DNA of 64,000 nucleotides from Bdellovibrionales bacterium (GCA_020630675.1 JAHDIR010000004.1:13688-77687), one strand, 5' to 3'. Positions 8,466-17,956 are shown, counted from the first letter of the stretch. Numbers and translations: made by a program. Notes: a model not told the origin generated them from the letters alone.

Positions 8466-9590
8466 TTATAGAACTTTTATTCCCTTTTTTGCATGAAATG
8501 GGTAACTTTTAAGATATTGAACAGGGTTAACAAAGCGTCCATTTTTTTTGACGGCAAAGTGCAAGTGAGGTTTGGTGCAAGAGCCAGTACAGCCATTCCA
8601 GCCAATAATTTTCCCAGGTCGAACCCACTGGCCTTTTTTAATTTTTGAACTGTGTTTAGAGAGGTGATTATAGTACGAGATAAGCCCACCTGAGTGGCGA
8701 ATAGAAAGATAATTTCCAGCTCCGCGACTGTAGCCCTTTTTTATAACCTTACCTGCGCTAACAGCATAAATGGGCTTTCCCGAAGGCAAAGCAAAATCAA
8801 CGCCTTTATGGGCCATATATCTTTTTCTTACGGGGTGAAACCTACGCTTTTGATAAAGGCTTGCAAAATGCATATAATCAACGGGGGAGTAAAATGGGCG
8901 AGTTTTATTGTCTTTTTGACCAACATAACTGTAACCTTGGTCATGGCGAATTAAAGTTCGATGAACCATTTGTCCATTAATTTCTAAACTCGAATTTAAA
9001 ATCAGACCATATTTAATAAACTTCTGGCCATGATACTTTCTTTCGATGGTAAAACTAAACTTGGCATTCGGTTGTACGATCTTCTTAAGGTTATAGTGAA
9101 GTAAAAAGGTATCTCTAAACTTATAGGGAACAAGGGGGTCTTTAATGTATTTACCAATACTACCAAACAAAGAGCCCTTTACTTTACCATAAATAGTTTG
9201 CTTTTTTACAGTTAAACCATCGTTGATGTTTTTATAACCAAATTTTTGAGTGAGGTAGGAGTACCAAAACACATGCTTTTTACCCAAATCTCCATAAAGG
9301 TTTACTTTTAGAACCTCGTTTTTCTTTACCACAGTGTATTTGTGGCCTGGAGATAAGGAGAATTTTTTTAGATGGGGTTTGTTGGCAATCAATCGGTTGG
9401 CCGCAGCTGATGGGAACCCCTGTTTTTTTAATAACCCATACAAGTGGTCGCCAGAGTTGACAGTTTCATGACGAATTAGGTCTAATTGTGAAGTAGATTT
9501 TTTAGGTTGGTTTTTTTTTATTGGTGTTGATGAGTAACCAACTATAGGGGGGGAGCACAGAATGAATAAAAGCAAAATTTTGTTAAACAT
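8466..9590 (-). CDS. M23 family metallopeptidase (LytM-type peptidoglycan endopeptidase)
   Basis: Signal peptide. Motifs HKGVDFALPSGKPIYAVSAGKV, NYLSIRHSGGLISYYNHLS and HLHFAV. Confidence 0.9.
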   Translation of the reverse strand: MFNKILLLFILCSPPIVGYSSTPIKKNQPKKSTSQLDLIRHETVNSGDHLYGLLKKQGFPSAAANRLIANKPHLKKFSLSPGHKYTVVKKNEVLKVNLYGDLGKKHVFWYSYLTQKFGYKNINDGLTVKKQTIYGKVKGSLFGSIGKYIKDPLVPYKFRDTFLLHYNLKKIVQPNAKFSFTIERKYHGQKFIKYGLILNSSLEINGQMVHRTLIRHDQGYSYVGQKDNKTRPFYSPVDYMHFASLYQKRRFHPVRKRYMAHKGVDFALPSGKPIYAVSAGKVIKKGYSRGAGNYLSIRHSGGLISYYNHLSKHSSKIKKGQWVRPGKIIGWNGCTGSCTKPHLHFAVKKNGRFVNPVQYLKSYPFHAKKGIKVL

Positions 9591-10464
9591 AAAGAGCCAA
9601 ACCCCGCTGATCGCTAAGTTAGCAGCGTATTATGTGATTTTACTTCTTACAAGTAATTATTCCTTTTCTCAGGTGGTTCGCGGGGCTGTTAGTTCAGCGA
9701 CGGGAGGAACCGGCCGTGCGGCAACAGAGGTAGGAGAAACTTTAATTTTAAATCCGGCCACCATTGTGCACTCATCCAGCTTTGATTCTTATTTTTTTTA
9801 CGCTAATGGTGATCGCACTGCGGACTTGAAAGAACAAACTTACGCAGTTTCTTTAACCGATAATAATGAAGATTCGTTTTTGCCCGGCTCTGTAACTTAC
9901 GCTCAAAGAAAAAGAACCTTTTCAGGTATTGGCTCTATTGATGAACAGTTTGCACAGGTCACTCTTGCGAAGTTTGCTACCAAACATTTTTCTGTGGGAA
10001 TGGCTGTGACTTACCTGAGCCAAGATTATCTTTCTGGTTATAAACAATGGAATGGCAATCTCGGAGTTATGTACAACCCAACAAGTCAGCTAGGTATTGG
10101 GCTTTCAGCCTTAAATATAATCTCGCCCAGTGATGATATACCTTTGTTTTTACAAGAAAAAACTAATATTGGCTTTGGACTTGTTTATTTGTTTGAGAAA
10201 TTCCTTAAACTAAGGGCTGATGTAGCTGCTCATGACGGAGAAGACGACTGGGAGCCTGAGTATATGTTAGGGGTTGAGAGTTTAATGGGACAGTTTGGAG
10301 TTTTTCGCTTAGGGTGGAACAAAAGTGAGTTAACAGGTTATAAATATTACAGTATTGGCCTTGGATTTGATGGCCCTCGCTTTAAAATTGATTACTCATA
10401 CCAGCAAAAAGACCGTCATAGGCGAGGAGCCATGCATAGCGTTGACTTACGCATAACGCTTTGA
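9562..10464 (+). CDS. Putative outer-membrane beta-barrel protein
   Basis: Signal-like N-terminus ending SFSQ and alternating beta-strand pattern. The GAVSSATGGTGRAATE...NPATI motif resembles PorV/FadL-like barrels. The start overlaps the divergent M23 gene by 29 nt and is therefore uncertain. Confidence 0.5.
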   Translation: MNKSKILLNIKSQTPLIAKLAAYYVILLLTSNYSFSQVVRGAVSSATGGTGRAATEVGETLILNPATIVHSSSFDSYFFYANGDRTADLKEQTYAVSLTDNNEDSFLPGSVTYAQRKRTFSGIGSIDEQFAQVTLAKFATKHFSVGMAVTYLSQDYLSGYKQWNGNLGVMYNPTSQLGIGLSALNIISPSDDIPLFLQEKTNIGFGLVYLFEKFLKLRADVAAHDGEDDWEPEYMLGVESLMGQFGVFRLGWNKSELTGYKYYSIGLGFDGPRFKIDYSYQQKDRHRRGAMHSVDLRITL

Positions 10465-10517
10465 TATCAACATCTCTTTGAGAGGGCATTTGCCCAAGAA
10501 TTTACCAGGAGTAAGAC

Positions 10518-10652
10518 ATGGCTTCAGCCACTAGAAAACTTAAATTAATTCGTAAACGTAAAATTGGCCGTCAGGGAACAAAAAGAAAAGCAAAAAACCG
10601 TGAGAACGGCACAACAAAGTCTTGGGCTGAGCTTTTTGGCGACAACGACTAG
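10518..10652 (+). CDS. Unannotated 44-aa highly basic small protein
   Basis: ATG lies 8 nt after AGGAG. Translation is MASATRKLKLIRKRKIGRQGTKRKAKNRENGTTKSWAELFGDND. It fills an otherwise empty 200-nt gap and is below the 60-aa cutoff of the ORF track. Confidence 0.45.
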   Translation: MASATRKLKLIRKRKIGRQGTKRKAKNRENGTTKSWAELFGDND

Positions 10653-10664
10653 TTCGTTATCGTT

Positions 10665-11549
10665 TTATAAACTTGTCTTTTTTTTCGTAGTTCGTAATCT
10701 CGATCTAAGCTTTTCGCTAGGTCCATTTAATTTAAATTGAACTGGGTGAATTGTTTCACCCTCTTGACCGGGTTGAAATTTCCACTGTCTCACTTTCTCT
10801 ACAGCTTCATCATCAAGTAAACTTGACCCTGAAGACTCCGCCACCTGAATTCCTGAAACAGAACCATCTCTAGTGACTTCATAGCGTAAAACAACTGTAC
10901 CTTCTGATTTTCTTAACCGAGCTCTTACCGGGTAAGATGGTTTGGGATTTCCAGACATTTGTTTAAGCTTTCTTCCGTCCCGAATGTTATCAATATTGGC
11001 GCCTCCAGCATTTCTTTCGGCGACGTCTTCAAATGACTCCTCTGGTGGTGCGTCGGGGTTAGCAATCAACTCTTCTTTTTCAGGGGGAAGCGACTCCGAA
11101 ACAGTTTCTTTTTTCTCTTTAGTTGAGATATTTTTGCTAGTCTCAGTTTCTTTGGTTTCTTCCACCTTTTCAGTGGCAGCCTCTTTATTTATATTAGCCT
11201 TAGCTAAAACAGTTTTGATTTTTGATAACTCTTTAGGAGCTGGAGGCTCAGCATCTTTTGTTGGGGTTTTTTGTCTTTTTCTTGTAGGTATAGAAACTTT
11301 TTCTTTGATTTTATTGATGGCATTTTTCTCGGGCTCTATATATGCCACGCTAACACTATCCTCGGCAGAGGAGTCGCCTAAATAACTAAAGTCAGCTCTT
11401 GTTCTTTGATCAATGAGGTCACTAATTACGGGAAGTTGTTTAATTTGAGGGGAAAACATTAGCAAACAAAGCAAGATCGCATGAATACTCACTGATACAA
11501 TCACGCCACTACTCATAGACCCACGGTCATTTAAATTAAAATTCATCAT
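10665..11549 (-). CDS. TonB-family energy transducer with a TonB C-terminal domain
   Basis: N-terminal TM, a Pro/Glu/Lys-rich spacer and a C-terminal PSYPVRARLRKSEGTVVLRYEVTRDGSVSGIQVAESSGSSLLDDEAVEKVRQWKFQPG. No exbBD genes are adjacent. Confidence 0.8.
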   Translation of the reverse strand: MMNFNLNDRGSMSSGVIVSVSIHAILLCLLMFSPQIKQLPVISDLIDQRTRADFSYLGDSSAEDSVSVAYIEPEKNAINKIKEKVSIPTRKRQKTPTKDAEPPAPKELSKIKTVLAKANINKEAATEKVEETKETETSKNISTKEKKETVSESLPPEKEELIANPDAPPEESFEDVAERNAGGANIDNIRDGRKLKQMSGNPKPSYPVRARLRKSEGTVVLRYEVTRDGSVSGIQVAESSGSSLLDDEAVEKVRQWKFQPGQEGETIHPVQFKLNGPSEKLRSRLRTTKKKTSL

Positions 11550-11695
11550 TAACTCCTTGTAACCTAATGCATTTACAAGAAGTATTCCATTTCAAAACAA
11601 ATTTAAGGGCAGTACAGGCTTAAATTCCTGAAAAAAATGCAGGGTTGTTTAAGCCTTTGTGAGTTAGATGAAAGGTTTTTTGGGATGAGTAAAGG

Positions 11696-12535
11696 CTAAT
11701 TATTAAGTTCTTTAAGACTTATAGATTGTGTAGTGCACTTTTCATGGGCCTCGTTTAAAGCTGTTTGTTCTTCGACAGTTTTAGTGTTGAAGCCATCGAT
11801 TTCAGTGGGATGTACACAACGGGTATAATTGTTAACAAGCGTGATTGTGACATTGCCAGATGTGACACGACTTTGAAGCTGATAGGTTTCCTCTTTAAGC
11901 TTAGTAGAAAGGTTTTGGTAAAAGTTGGTAACCACTGTTGTGTCAGAAGGGTTAATGTCCTGAGAGTCGTCAGTTGGCCCTTTTGTTGTGCTTGAGGGCA
12001 TTTTTTTCATACGAAGCATAAGGTCTTCATAGTAACCCATTTCGTAGGTGTTCATTCCATTAAAGAGAATGTCTTGTCCTTTGTTAAAAACAGAAACGGT
12101 GGTTGGGATATTTACTTGGTAAATAGACTTTCCAGCAGACTCTTTCAGTAAATTGTAGAGGCAGTTAACCGTAGTTTCGAAATTGACAATGTTTTCATCG
12201 ACTTCTTCCGCAAGAGAGTCCACTTTATTAAAACCAAAAGAAACTTGAAAATAGCGATCGGATTTTGGTGATCGACTCTTTGGAGCTTTAAAGTTTTGAT
12301 CGTGAATATGAATGATAGACCCTTGTAGAACATAGGAGCCATCCTTAACGGGGCCAGCAGAAATTTGGTCAATATTTGAGCCTCCAGGCAAAGTGAGGGG
12401 GCTGAAGTCTTTAGGTCGGTAATTATCAAGTTCTAAAGATTTGGTATTGCAAAGTGGCTTAAGATTATCGCGTTGACGGTTGTCTCCACAAGAAACTGCA
12501 GTCATTACAATGAGGGTGACCCAAAAAAGCTTCAT
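11696..12535 (-). CDS. Hypothetical lipoprotein
   Basis: Lipobox MTAVSCG. No recognised domain. Confidence 0.5.
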   Translation of the reverse strand: MKLFWVTLIVMTAVSCGDNRQRDNLKPLCNTKSLELDNYRPKDFSPLTLPGGSNIDQISAGPVKDGSYVLQGSIIHIHDQNFKAPKSRSPKSDRYFQVSFGFNKVDSLAEEVDENIVNFETTVNCLYNLLKESAGKSIYQVNIPTTVSVFNKGQDILFNGMNTYEMGYYEDLMLRMKKMPSSTTKGPTDDSQDINPSDTTVVTNFYQNLSTKLKEETYQLQSRVTSGNVTITLVNNYTRCVHPTEIDGFNTKTVEEQTALNEAHEKCTTQSISLKELNN

Positions 12536-12631
12536 ATAAATCCTCCGAATCGGTTAAGGCTTTATACGTTTCGCAACGCATTATTGTCAAGTGTTTTTAT
12601 AGGGGCCGAGTATAGTAAATATCTATATATA

Positions 12632-13117
12632 TTAATACCCTAGCTGGTTTACAGCGCTCCATTCGAGTTTCTTAGTTTCAGGGTTAAGAAACAAAATATT
12701 TAAGAAAGGTTTCAATTCTTGAGTGTAGGTTGGGGCGATAATTTCCAAAATGCCATCATTGTTAAGGTCGGCAGTAAATAAGTTGGTGGCCTCTTTCTCA
12801 AACTTATAAAACCCATCGCGACGGTGTTTAAGCTGTTTTTTATCGATCTTCATAAGGCGCCGAGCTTTACTGTTATATAAATAAACCTCAATAAATAGTT
12901 GCGGGCCATCCTCAACCTTTAATATTTTATACTCTTCACCATTATTGATAAGGTTGGCCGTTAAGGTGGTCAGAATTTTACGGGGCTTATGATTAAAGTA
13001 ACTATAAACTTGTTTTTTAATATTACTATTAAAAGCCAGAAGTAATGCTAGAAAAAACAGAAAGCCTGAAATTGGCCATAAAATTTTGGAGCTCATACAA
13101 ATATTATAGAAGAACAT
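12632..13117 (-). CDS. Hypothetical membrane-anchored protein
   Basis: One N-terminal TM and a DLNNDGILEII segment reminiscent of an FG-GAP/VCBS calcium loop. The start may be the internal MSSK. Confidence 0.4.
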   Translation of the reverse strand: MFFYNICMSSKILWPISGFLFFLALLLAFNSNIKKQVYSYFNHKPRKILTTLTANLINNGEEYKILKVEDGPQLFIEVYLYNSKARRLMKIDKKQLKHRRDGFYKFEKEATNLFTADLNNDGILEIIAPTYTQELKPFLNILFLNPETKKLEWSAVNQLGY

Positions 13118-13139
13118 TTGTGCATTACAACTTATAAAC

Positions 13140-13784
13140 TCATTTCAAATAAATCAGACTTAAGTTTCGTCCGGCAAGTTTTCCGTCTCGACGATAGGAG
13201 TTCCAGTCCGTGTGAGTGAAGGTATTCACTGGACTGACACAAATATTATCTATTGCAAAGCCAAGGTGCATGAGTTGATCTTTTGCCACTTGTGCAAGGT
13301 TAACTAAAAATTTATTTTTACCATGAGGTCTTGCGAGAAAATCTTTATTTTTTACAGGCGAGCTGTTTATTATTTTAAAAGCAACATCGTGATCTACTTC
13401 ATAGCTTTCTTTTTGAATATGTGGGCCAATATAAGCTTTGTAGCTTTCATCTAATTTAAATTTTTCTAGGTTATACAAAATTTTCTTCTCCAGGCCTCTC
13501 CAGCCAGCATGAATAGCAAAAACATAATTTTTACTAGAAATCATAATAGGTAAACAATCAGCCGTTTTAATAGCTAAGGCGGTGGATGGGTCTTTTGTAT
13601 AATGAGCATCGGCCTCTAGGAGTTTATTTTTGTTAACAGCTATCATAAGGTTTGAGTGAATTTGCTGACAAAAATAAAGTTTATTAATAGCTTGTGAAGA
13701 GAGGATTGTCTTTTCATTTTCAAACTTATTGCCCCAAAAAATAATCGCATTTTCATCTTCATGGGAATGTTTTGTTTTATTCAT
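13140..13784 (-). CDS. pgeF: Peptidoglycan editing factor / purine nucleoside phosphorylase YfiH family
   Basis: QQIHSN, LAIKTADCLPI, AIHAGWRG and C-terminal TFTHTDWNSYRRDGKLAGRN are the YfiH/PgeF signatures. It overlaps rluD by 8 nt, which is the conserved rluD-yfiH order. Confidence 0.85.
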   Translation of the reverse strand: MNKTKHSHEDENAIIFWGNKFENEKTILSSQAINKLYFCQQIHSNLMIAVNKNKLLEADAHYTKDPSTALAIKTADCLPIMISSKNYVFAIHAGWRGLEKKILYNLEKFKLDESYKAYIGPHIQKESYEVDHDVAFKIINSSPVKNKDFLARPHGKNKFLVNLAQVAKDQLMHLGFAIDNICVSPVNTFTHTDWNSYRRDGKLAGRNLSLIYLK

Positions 13785-14763
13785 TTTCCCATCCCAGGAG
13801 CTGAATAAGATCTAGTAAATGGTCAGGCCATGAAGACTTAAATAGCATGGTTTGCTGAGAGGTCGGGTGAATAAAGCCAAGTTCTTTAGCATGAAGACCA
13901 ATCCCTTCGAGGTTTTTAATGCCAGCTCTAACATGTTTACTTTTAATAGAGTTTAGCCAGCGTGATGAGCTGTAAATGGGATCAGAAATAATAGGATGTT
14001 GATTTTCAGACATATGAACACGAATTTGATGAGTACGTCCTGTTTGTAATTTACACTCTACCAAAGAGAGACCCTTGGCAGAATTAAGTGCTTTAAAGTG
14101 TGTGGTTGCTTTTTTTCCCTTGGGCTCTGAATTTTCATTAAGCCTTTCAATAGTATATTTTTTTCTATGAACAGGGTGACGTACTAAATAGTTTTCAATA
14201 GTTCCCTGATCTTGAGAAAACTCACCATAAACAATGGCGTAATAAACCCGGTGAACTCTTTTTTCTTGAAATTGTTGGGCTAAAAACTCATGAGCACGGT
14301 TATTCTTGGCAACAACTACAAGGCCAGAGGTGTCCTTATCGATACGATGAACAATGCCAGGTCTTTCTTCGTTAAAGCCCATGGATAAGTCGACCTTTAA
14401 ATGAATAAGAACATTTACTAAACTATCCGTTTCATGACCAGCTGACGGGTGCATGACCAAACCAGGCGGTTTGTTAATGACAATGACATCTTCATCTTGA
14501 TGAACAATTTCTATGGCACGATCATGAGGTTCGAGGAGGGACTCCACTTTTTGAGGAACTGAAACTTTAATCTGATCTTGCTTTTTAACAGGATAGGACG
14601 GTTTAAGAGCCTTTCCGTTTAATGTGACCAGGCCCTCTCGAAAGAGTTTGCCAGCCTGTGAACGACTAGTTACCAGGGGGCAGGCTAAAATCACCTTGTC
14701 TACTCTAACGCCAATATGGCTGTCTTGAATTTCTAAAAAAAGTTCATCAAATATGTTGTTCAT
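13777..14763 (-). CDS. rluD: 23S rRNA pseudouridine synthase, RluD/RluA family
   Basis: S4 domain (RVDKVILA...SRSQAGKLFREGLVTLNG) and catalytic HRIDKDTSGLVVVAK. I place the start at MNNIFDE (14763), not the longer ORF start 14799. Confidence 0.9.
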   Translation of the reverse strand: MNNIFDELFLEIQDSHIGVRVDKVILACPLVTSRSQAGKLFREGLVTLNGKALKPSYPVKKQDQIKVSVPQKVESLLEPHDRAIEIVHQDEDVIVINKPPGLVMHPSAGHETDSLVNVLIHLKVDLSMGFNEERPGIVHRIDKDTSGLVVVAKNNRAHEFLAQQFQEKRVHRVYYAIVYGEFSQDQGTIENYLVRHPVHRKKYTIERLNENSEPKGKKATTHFKALNSAKGLSLVECKLQTGRTHQIRVHMSENQHPIISDPIYSSSRWLNSIKSKHVRAGIKNLEGIGLHAKELGFIHPTSQQTMLFKSSWPDHLLDLIQLLGWENE

Positions 14764-15376
14764 GAGTGCTTTTGTATTGGCACATATAAGAAGATGCAAC
14801 CTCTTCGGCAGGTAAATGTAAAGCTTTTGCTATTTGAACGATAAACCCACGAGTATAAACAGGAGCTGGAAGTAAATTAAAGTTATTGGCTTCAATAGCC
14901 ATAATATAAGTAGATTTTATTTTTGTGGCGTTAGAGAGCTGTTCAAGGCTGATATTTTTGTAATTTCTGATAGTAGAAAGCATTTTGCCGTCAAAAACTT
15001 GAGCTTGTTGCAGTCGAGACTCAATTTCATCATCAACTTTATAGGTCCCAAATTGAGTTTTGCGGTAACCCTCCTCAACAACTTCAGTAGCTGGCGGAGT
15101 TGTTGGTAAACTGTGAGAGGCCACTCCTGAGGCAGCTTCTTGTTTTCTTTGGTAAAACGCCCTTAAGCTATGGCTTCCTAAGACAGCAAAAGCCTCTTCG
15201 ACTAACCGATCAAGTGCTTGTGCCTCTTGTGGTGAAAATAGTTGGTGAAGATCAGGGTTACTCTGTGAGTACAGTCGTTTGGCCTTTAAGTAGGCATTGT
15301 GAATTTCATGTTGAGAAGAGTTTTCACTTACTCCCAAAATTTCACAATAGGTTTTGAGTTCCCATTTTTCTTGCAT
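14747..15376 (-). CDS. J-like domain (HPD replaced by NPD) fused to a RodZ-type helix-turn-helix
   Basis: The N-terminal YCEILGVSENSSQHEIHNAYLKAKRLYSQSNPD follows the J-domain pattern, but the tripeptide at nt 15259-15251 reads NPD. The C-terminal ISLEQLSNATKIKSTYIMAIEANNFNLLPAPVYTRGFIVQIAKAL matches the RodZ N-terminal HTH. Confidence 0.65.
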   Translation of the reverse strand: MQEKWELKTYCEILGVSENSSQHEIHNAYLKAKRLYSQSNPDLHQLFSPQEAQALDRLVEEAFAVLGSHSLRAFYQRKQEAASGVASHSLPTTPPATEVVEEGYRKTQFGTYKVDDEIESRLQQAQVFDGKMLSTIRNYKNISLEQLSNATKIKSTYIMAIEANNFNLLPAPVYTRGFIVQIAKALHLPAEEVASSYMCQYKSTHEQHI

Positions 15377-15546
15377 AACAATCCTAGTTAAGAAATCCTT
15401 CGTGGAATCATTGCTGTCTCAATCAAATGGGACAACAATAAAAATTGTAGCAATAAATCATGAGAATTTAAAATATTATTTAATAATAATTGCTTACTTC
15501 ATTTTAGAAAAATGTTTGTTTAATTTAAATTTTTTTAAAAAAAGTA

Positions 15547-16260
15547 TTATTTCAGAGAGAGTTTTAGTTTTTCTTCCGCTTCAGAGCCACGGATATAAAT
15601 GGGGATGACTTGATTCCACTTCAAAAGTTCAGGACTTTGGTCTTGAAGAAAATACTCAAAAATAGATTGTGAACATACATTTTCGTAACTCTCCGGGCTT
15701 TCAATAAATTGAGAAGCAACAGAAACAGAAAATAAACTTTTATATAAAGAAAAGCCATTGCCAATCACTAATGTTTTTTCTTTTAAATCTAAAGCTGAAA
15801 TATGTTTTTCTAGATCAGCAGGAGAACAAGAAAAAGGTTTAATCACCTCTTGAAAAGGGGACAGTTTGAAGCCTGAGCAATAAACCATGTTTCGAAAAGC
15901 ATTGGTCATGACTAGGCACTGGCTAGCTAAATGTCGGTTTTTATAGGCTACAGGTAAAAGTGAGTTTGTGGCATAGACGGGAATATTTAATGAGTAGGAA
16001 AGAGATTTAATAAAATTAACAGCCACTCGTATTCCAGTAAAACTCCCGGGCCCTAAACCCAGGCAAAGTTGATTAATATCGGAGAGCTTTAAATCACAAG
16101 AATCAAGAAGTTCGCTTGTGTAAGTGGTGATGACCTCGCTGTGAGATCGAGATTTCTCCCAATCCTTGCGGCCAAGAACTTTAAATGAACTGTCCTCAGA
16201 AAGTTTAAAGAGGCCAAGACTGGCTGAGTGGGAGCTTGTATCAACAGAAAGAAAAATCAT
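15547..16260 (-). CDS. tsaB: tRNA t6A biosynthesis protein TsaB
   Basis: MIFLSVDTSSHSASLGLF start and GLGPGSFTGIRVAV motif. Confidence 0.85.
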   Translation of the reverse strand: MIFLSVDTSSHSASLGLFKLSEDSSFKVLGRKDWEKSRSHSEVITTYTSELLDSCDLKLSDINQLCLGLGPGSFTGIRVAVNFIKSLSYSLNIPVYATNSLLPVAYKNRHLASQCLVMTNAFRNMVYCSGFKLSPFQEVIKPFSCSPADLEKHISALDLKEKTLVIGNGFSLYKSLFSVSVASQFIESPESYENVCSQSIFEYFLQDQSPELLKWNQVIPIYIRGSEAEEKLKLSLK

Positions 16261-16261
16261 A

Positions 16262-17956
16262 CTAAAATGGTGGGTTAATAAGGTTTTTTATATCATTATA
16301 AAATGCAAAAATCATAAGTGACATTAACAGTAAAAAACCAAATTGTTGAGCCATTTGCATTTTTTTCACACTTAAAGGAGAGCCTTTTATGGCCTCAATG
16401 GTATAAAAAACTAAATGACCGCCATCAAGGACGGGAATGGGTAATAAGTTTAAAAGAAAAAGATTCACCGAAATTAAGCCCATAATCTTTAAGAAAAAAT
16501 CAAAACCCATTTTATAGGAATCACCAGCGATTTTTCCAATAGTGATAATTCCGGTTATATTTCTAGAGGAGACCTGGTTAGTAACCATTTTATAAATTCC
16601 AATAGAAATAATTTTTGTCCAATTTATGGTTTCGCTAAGGCCATATTTAAGCGCCGTGATTGGGTTCGCTGTTTTTATAATTGTTGTGGCATTGGGTTCA
16701 TAGGTACTGTCTGAATATATTCCCACAGTAAAACGCTTTTCATCTTGCATTTTATGGTTCATGAGTTGAGTTAAAGAGGGAGTGACAGACAATGTAACAG
16801 GGGCTTCTGTTCGGCCAGAGGCGGGGTCTGAGTTTGAAACTAAAAAATCAATTTTTTTGTCAGACTCTTTGAAGCTTTTAATGGGAGTCAAAATATCTTG
16901 CCATGAATTCACCGGTGCACCATTAATAGCTAAAATTTTATCTCCAGTTTTAAAGCCGGCCTGTCTGGCTGGAGAGTTTTCACCGGTTGTTAAAACATAA
17001 GTGGAGGTTTCCTCTATTCCTAAGGAATCAAGAAGGCGGCCTCCGTTGATAGAGTACACAGACTGTAGTTTTATTTGTCGAACTGGTAAGTCATTGTTAG
17101 AGCTATATTGCTTAACAGTTAAAAGCATTTCTTTATTTTGGTTTTCAATAAGCATGGGCTCAATATTGCGCCAGTAGCTGACGGGCTTGTCATTGATGGT
17201 TAAAATTTGGTCCATACTTCTTAGGCCTGATTGATGGGCTACGCTACCTATTTTAACCCCAATTAACGCAGATTTACTGAGGTTATTAATTCCATCAATT
17301 TTTCCGATATATTTAGATAGTTTAAATAGCTTGTCATTTTCAACTTTTGGAATGGTAATGCTCACTTGTTTTTGTTCGCCCTCACTAGAAAGTGCAGCAA
17401 CAAGAACAGTTTTATTAAAATTCTTTGAAATAATTTTATCTAATTGTTCCCAACTTTGAACGTCTTGATTATTAATATGCGTGATTGTGTCGCCTGAACG
17501 TAAACCACTTTTGTAAGCAAAACTTTCGCTGGAGATATCACCCAGTTGGCTTGAAGAAGTTTTATGGCCAATCACTAAAATAAGAGCAAAAATAGGAATG
17601 GCTATAAAGAAGTTCATAAGGGGGCCAGCTAATACGACGGCGATTCTTTGCCAAACAGACTTATGCAAAAAAGAAACTTTCTGATCTTCAGGGCTGACCT
17701 CTTTTGTGGGGTCGTCACCAAACATTTTAACGTAACCGCCTAAGGGTATAAGGCATAGCTTATAGGTAGTGTCTCCTTTAGTGAATTGATAAAGAGTCTT
17801 TCCAAAACCAAGGCTGAACACTTCGACTCTAACCCCAAAGTATTTGGCCATGAGGAAATGCCCCATTTCGTGAATAAAAACGAGCGATCCCATTAATAAT
17901 ACAAAAGGGCCGACATAAGAAATACTAGATGTGATGAAACTTAAAAGACTATCCAT
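16262..17956 (-). CDS. rseP: RIP zinc metalloprotease RseP (site-2 protease)
   Basis: HEMGHFLMAKYFG (HExxH), PDZ segments and C-terminal NLLPIPVLDGGH. Confidence 0.93.
   Translation of the reverse strand: MDSLLSFITSSISYVGPFVLLMGSLVFIHEMGHFLMAKYFGVRVEVFSLGFGKTLYQFTKGDTTYKLCLIPLGGYVKMFGDDPTKEVSPEDQKVSFLHKSVWQRIAVVLAGPLMNFFIAIPIFALILVIGHKTSSSQLGDISSESFAYKSGLRSGDTITHINNQDVQSWEQLDKIISKNFNKTVLVAALSSEGEQKQVSITIPKVENDKLFKLSKYIGKIDGINNLSKSALIGVKIGSVAHQSGLRSMDQILTINDKPVSYWRNIEPMLIENQNKEMLLTVKQYSSNNDLPVRQIKLQSVYSINGGRLLDSLGIEETSTYVLTTGENSPARQAGFKTGDKILAINGAPVNSWQDILTPIKSFKESDKKIDFLVSNSDPASGRTEAPVTLSVTPSLTQLMNHKMQDEKRFTVGIYSDSTYEPNATTIIKTANPITALKYGLSETINWTKIISIGIYKMVTNQVSSRNITGIITIGKIAGDSYKMGFDFFLKIMGLISVNLFLLNLLPIPVLDGGHLVFYTIEAIKGSPLSVKKMQMAQQFGFLLLMSLMIFAFYNDIKNLINPPF

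Noticed and set aside
10942-11385. Long antisense or shadow ORFs inside well-supported genes. Examples: 10942..11385, 22064..22423, 24029..24277, 34455..34766, 35273..35575, 36894..37202, 56160..56429, 57094..57369.
   Set aside because: Each lies wholly within a confidently identified gene on the opposite strand (TonB, frr, rpsB, sucD, sucC, mdh, tolA, tolQ). Their translations are low-complexity with no motifs, which is typical of shadow frames.
15354-15608. An 84-aa plus-strand ORF spanning the tsaB / J-like gene intergenic region
   Set aside because: It crosses the AT-rich promoter region and overlaps both flanking minus-strand genes. Its Ile/Phe/Leu/Lys-rich sequence is what random AT-rich DNA encodes.
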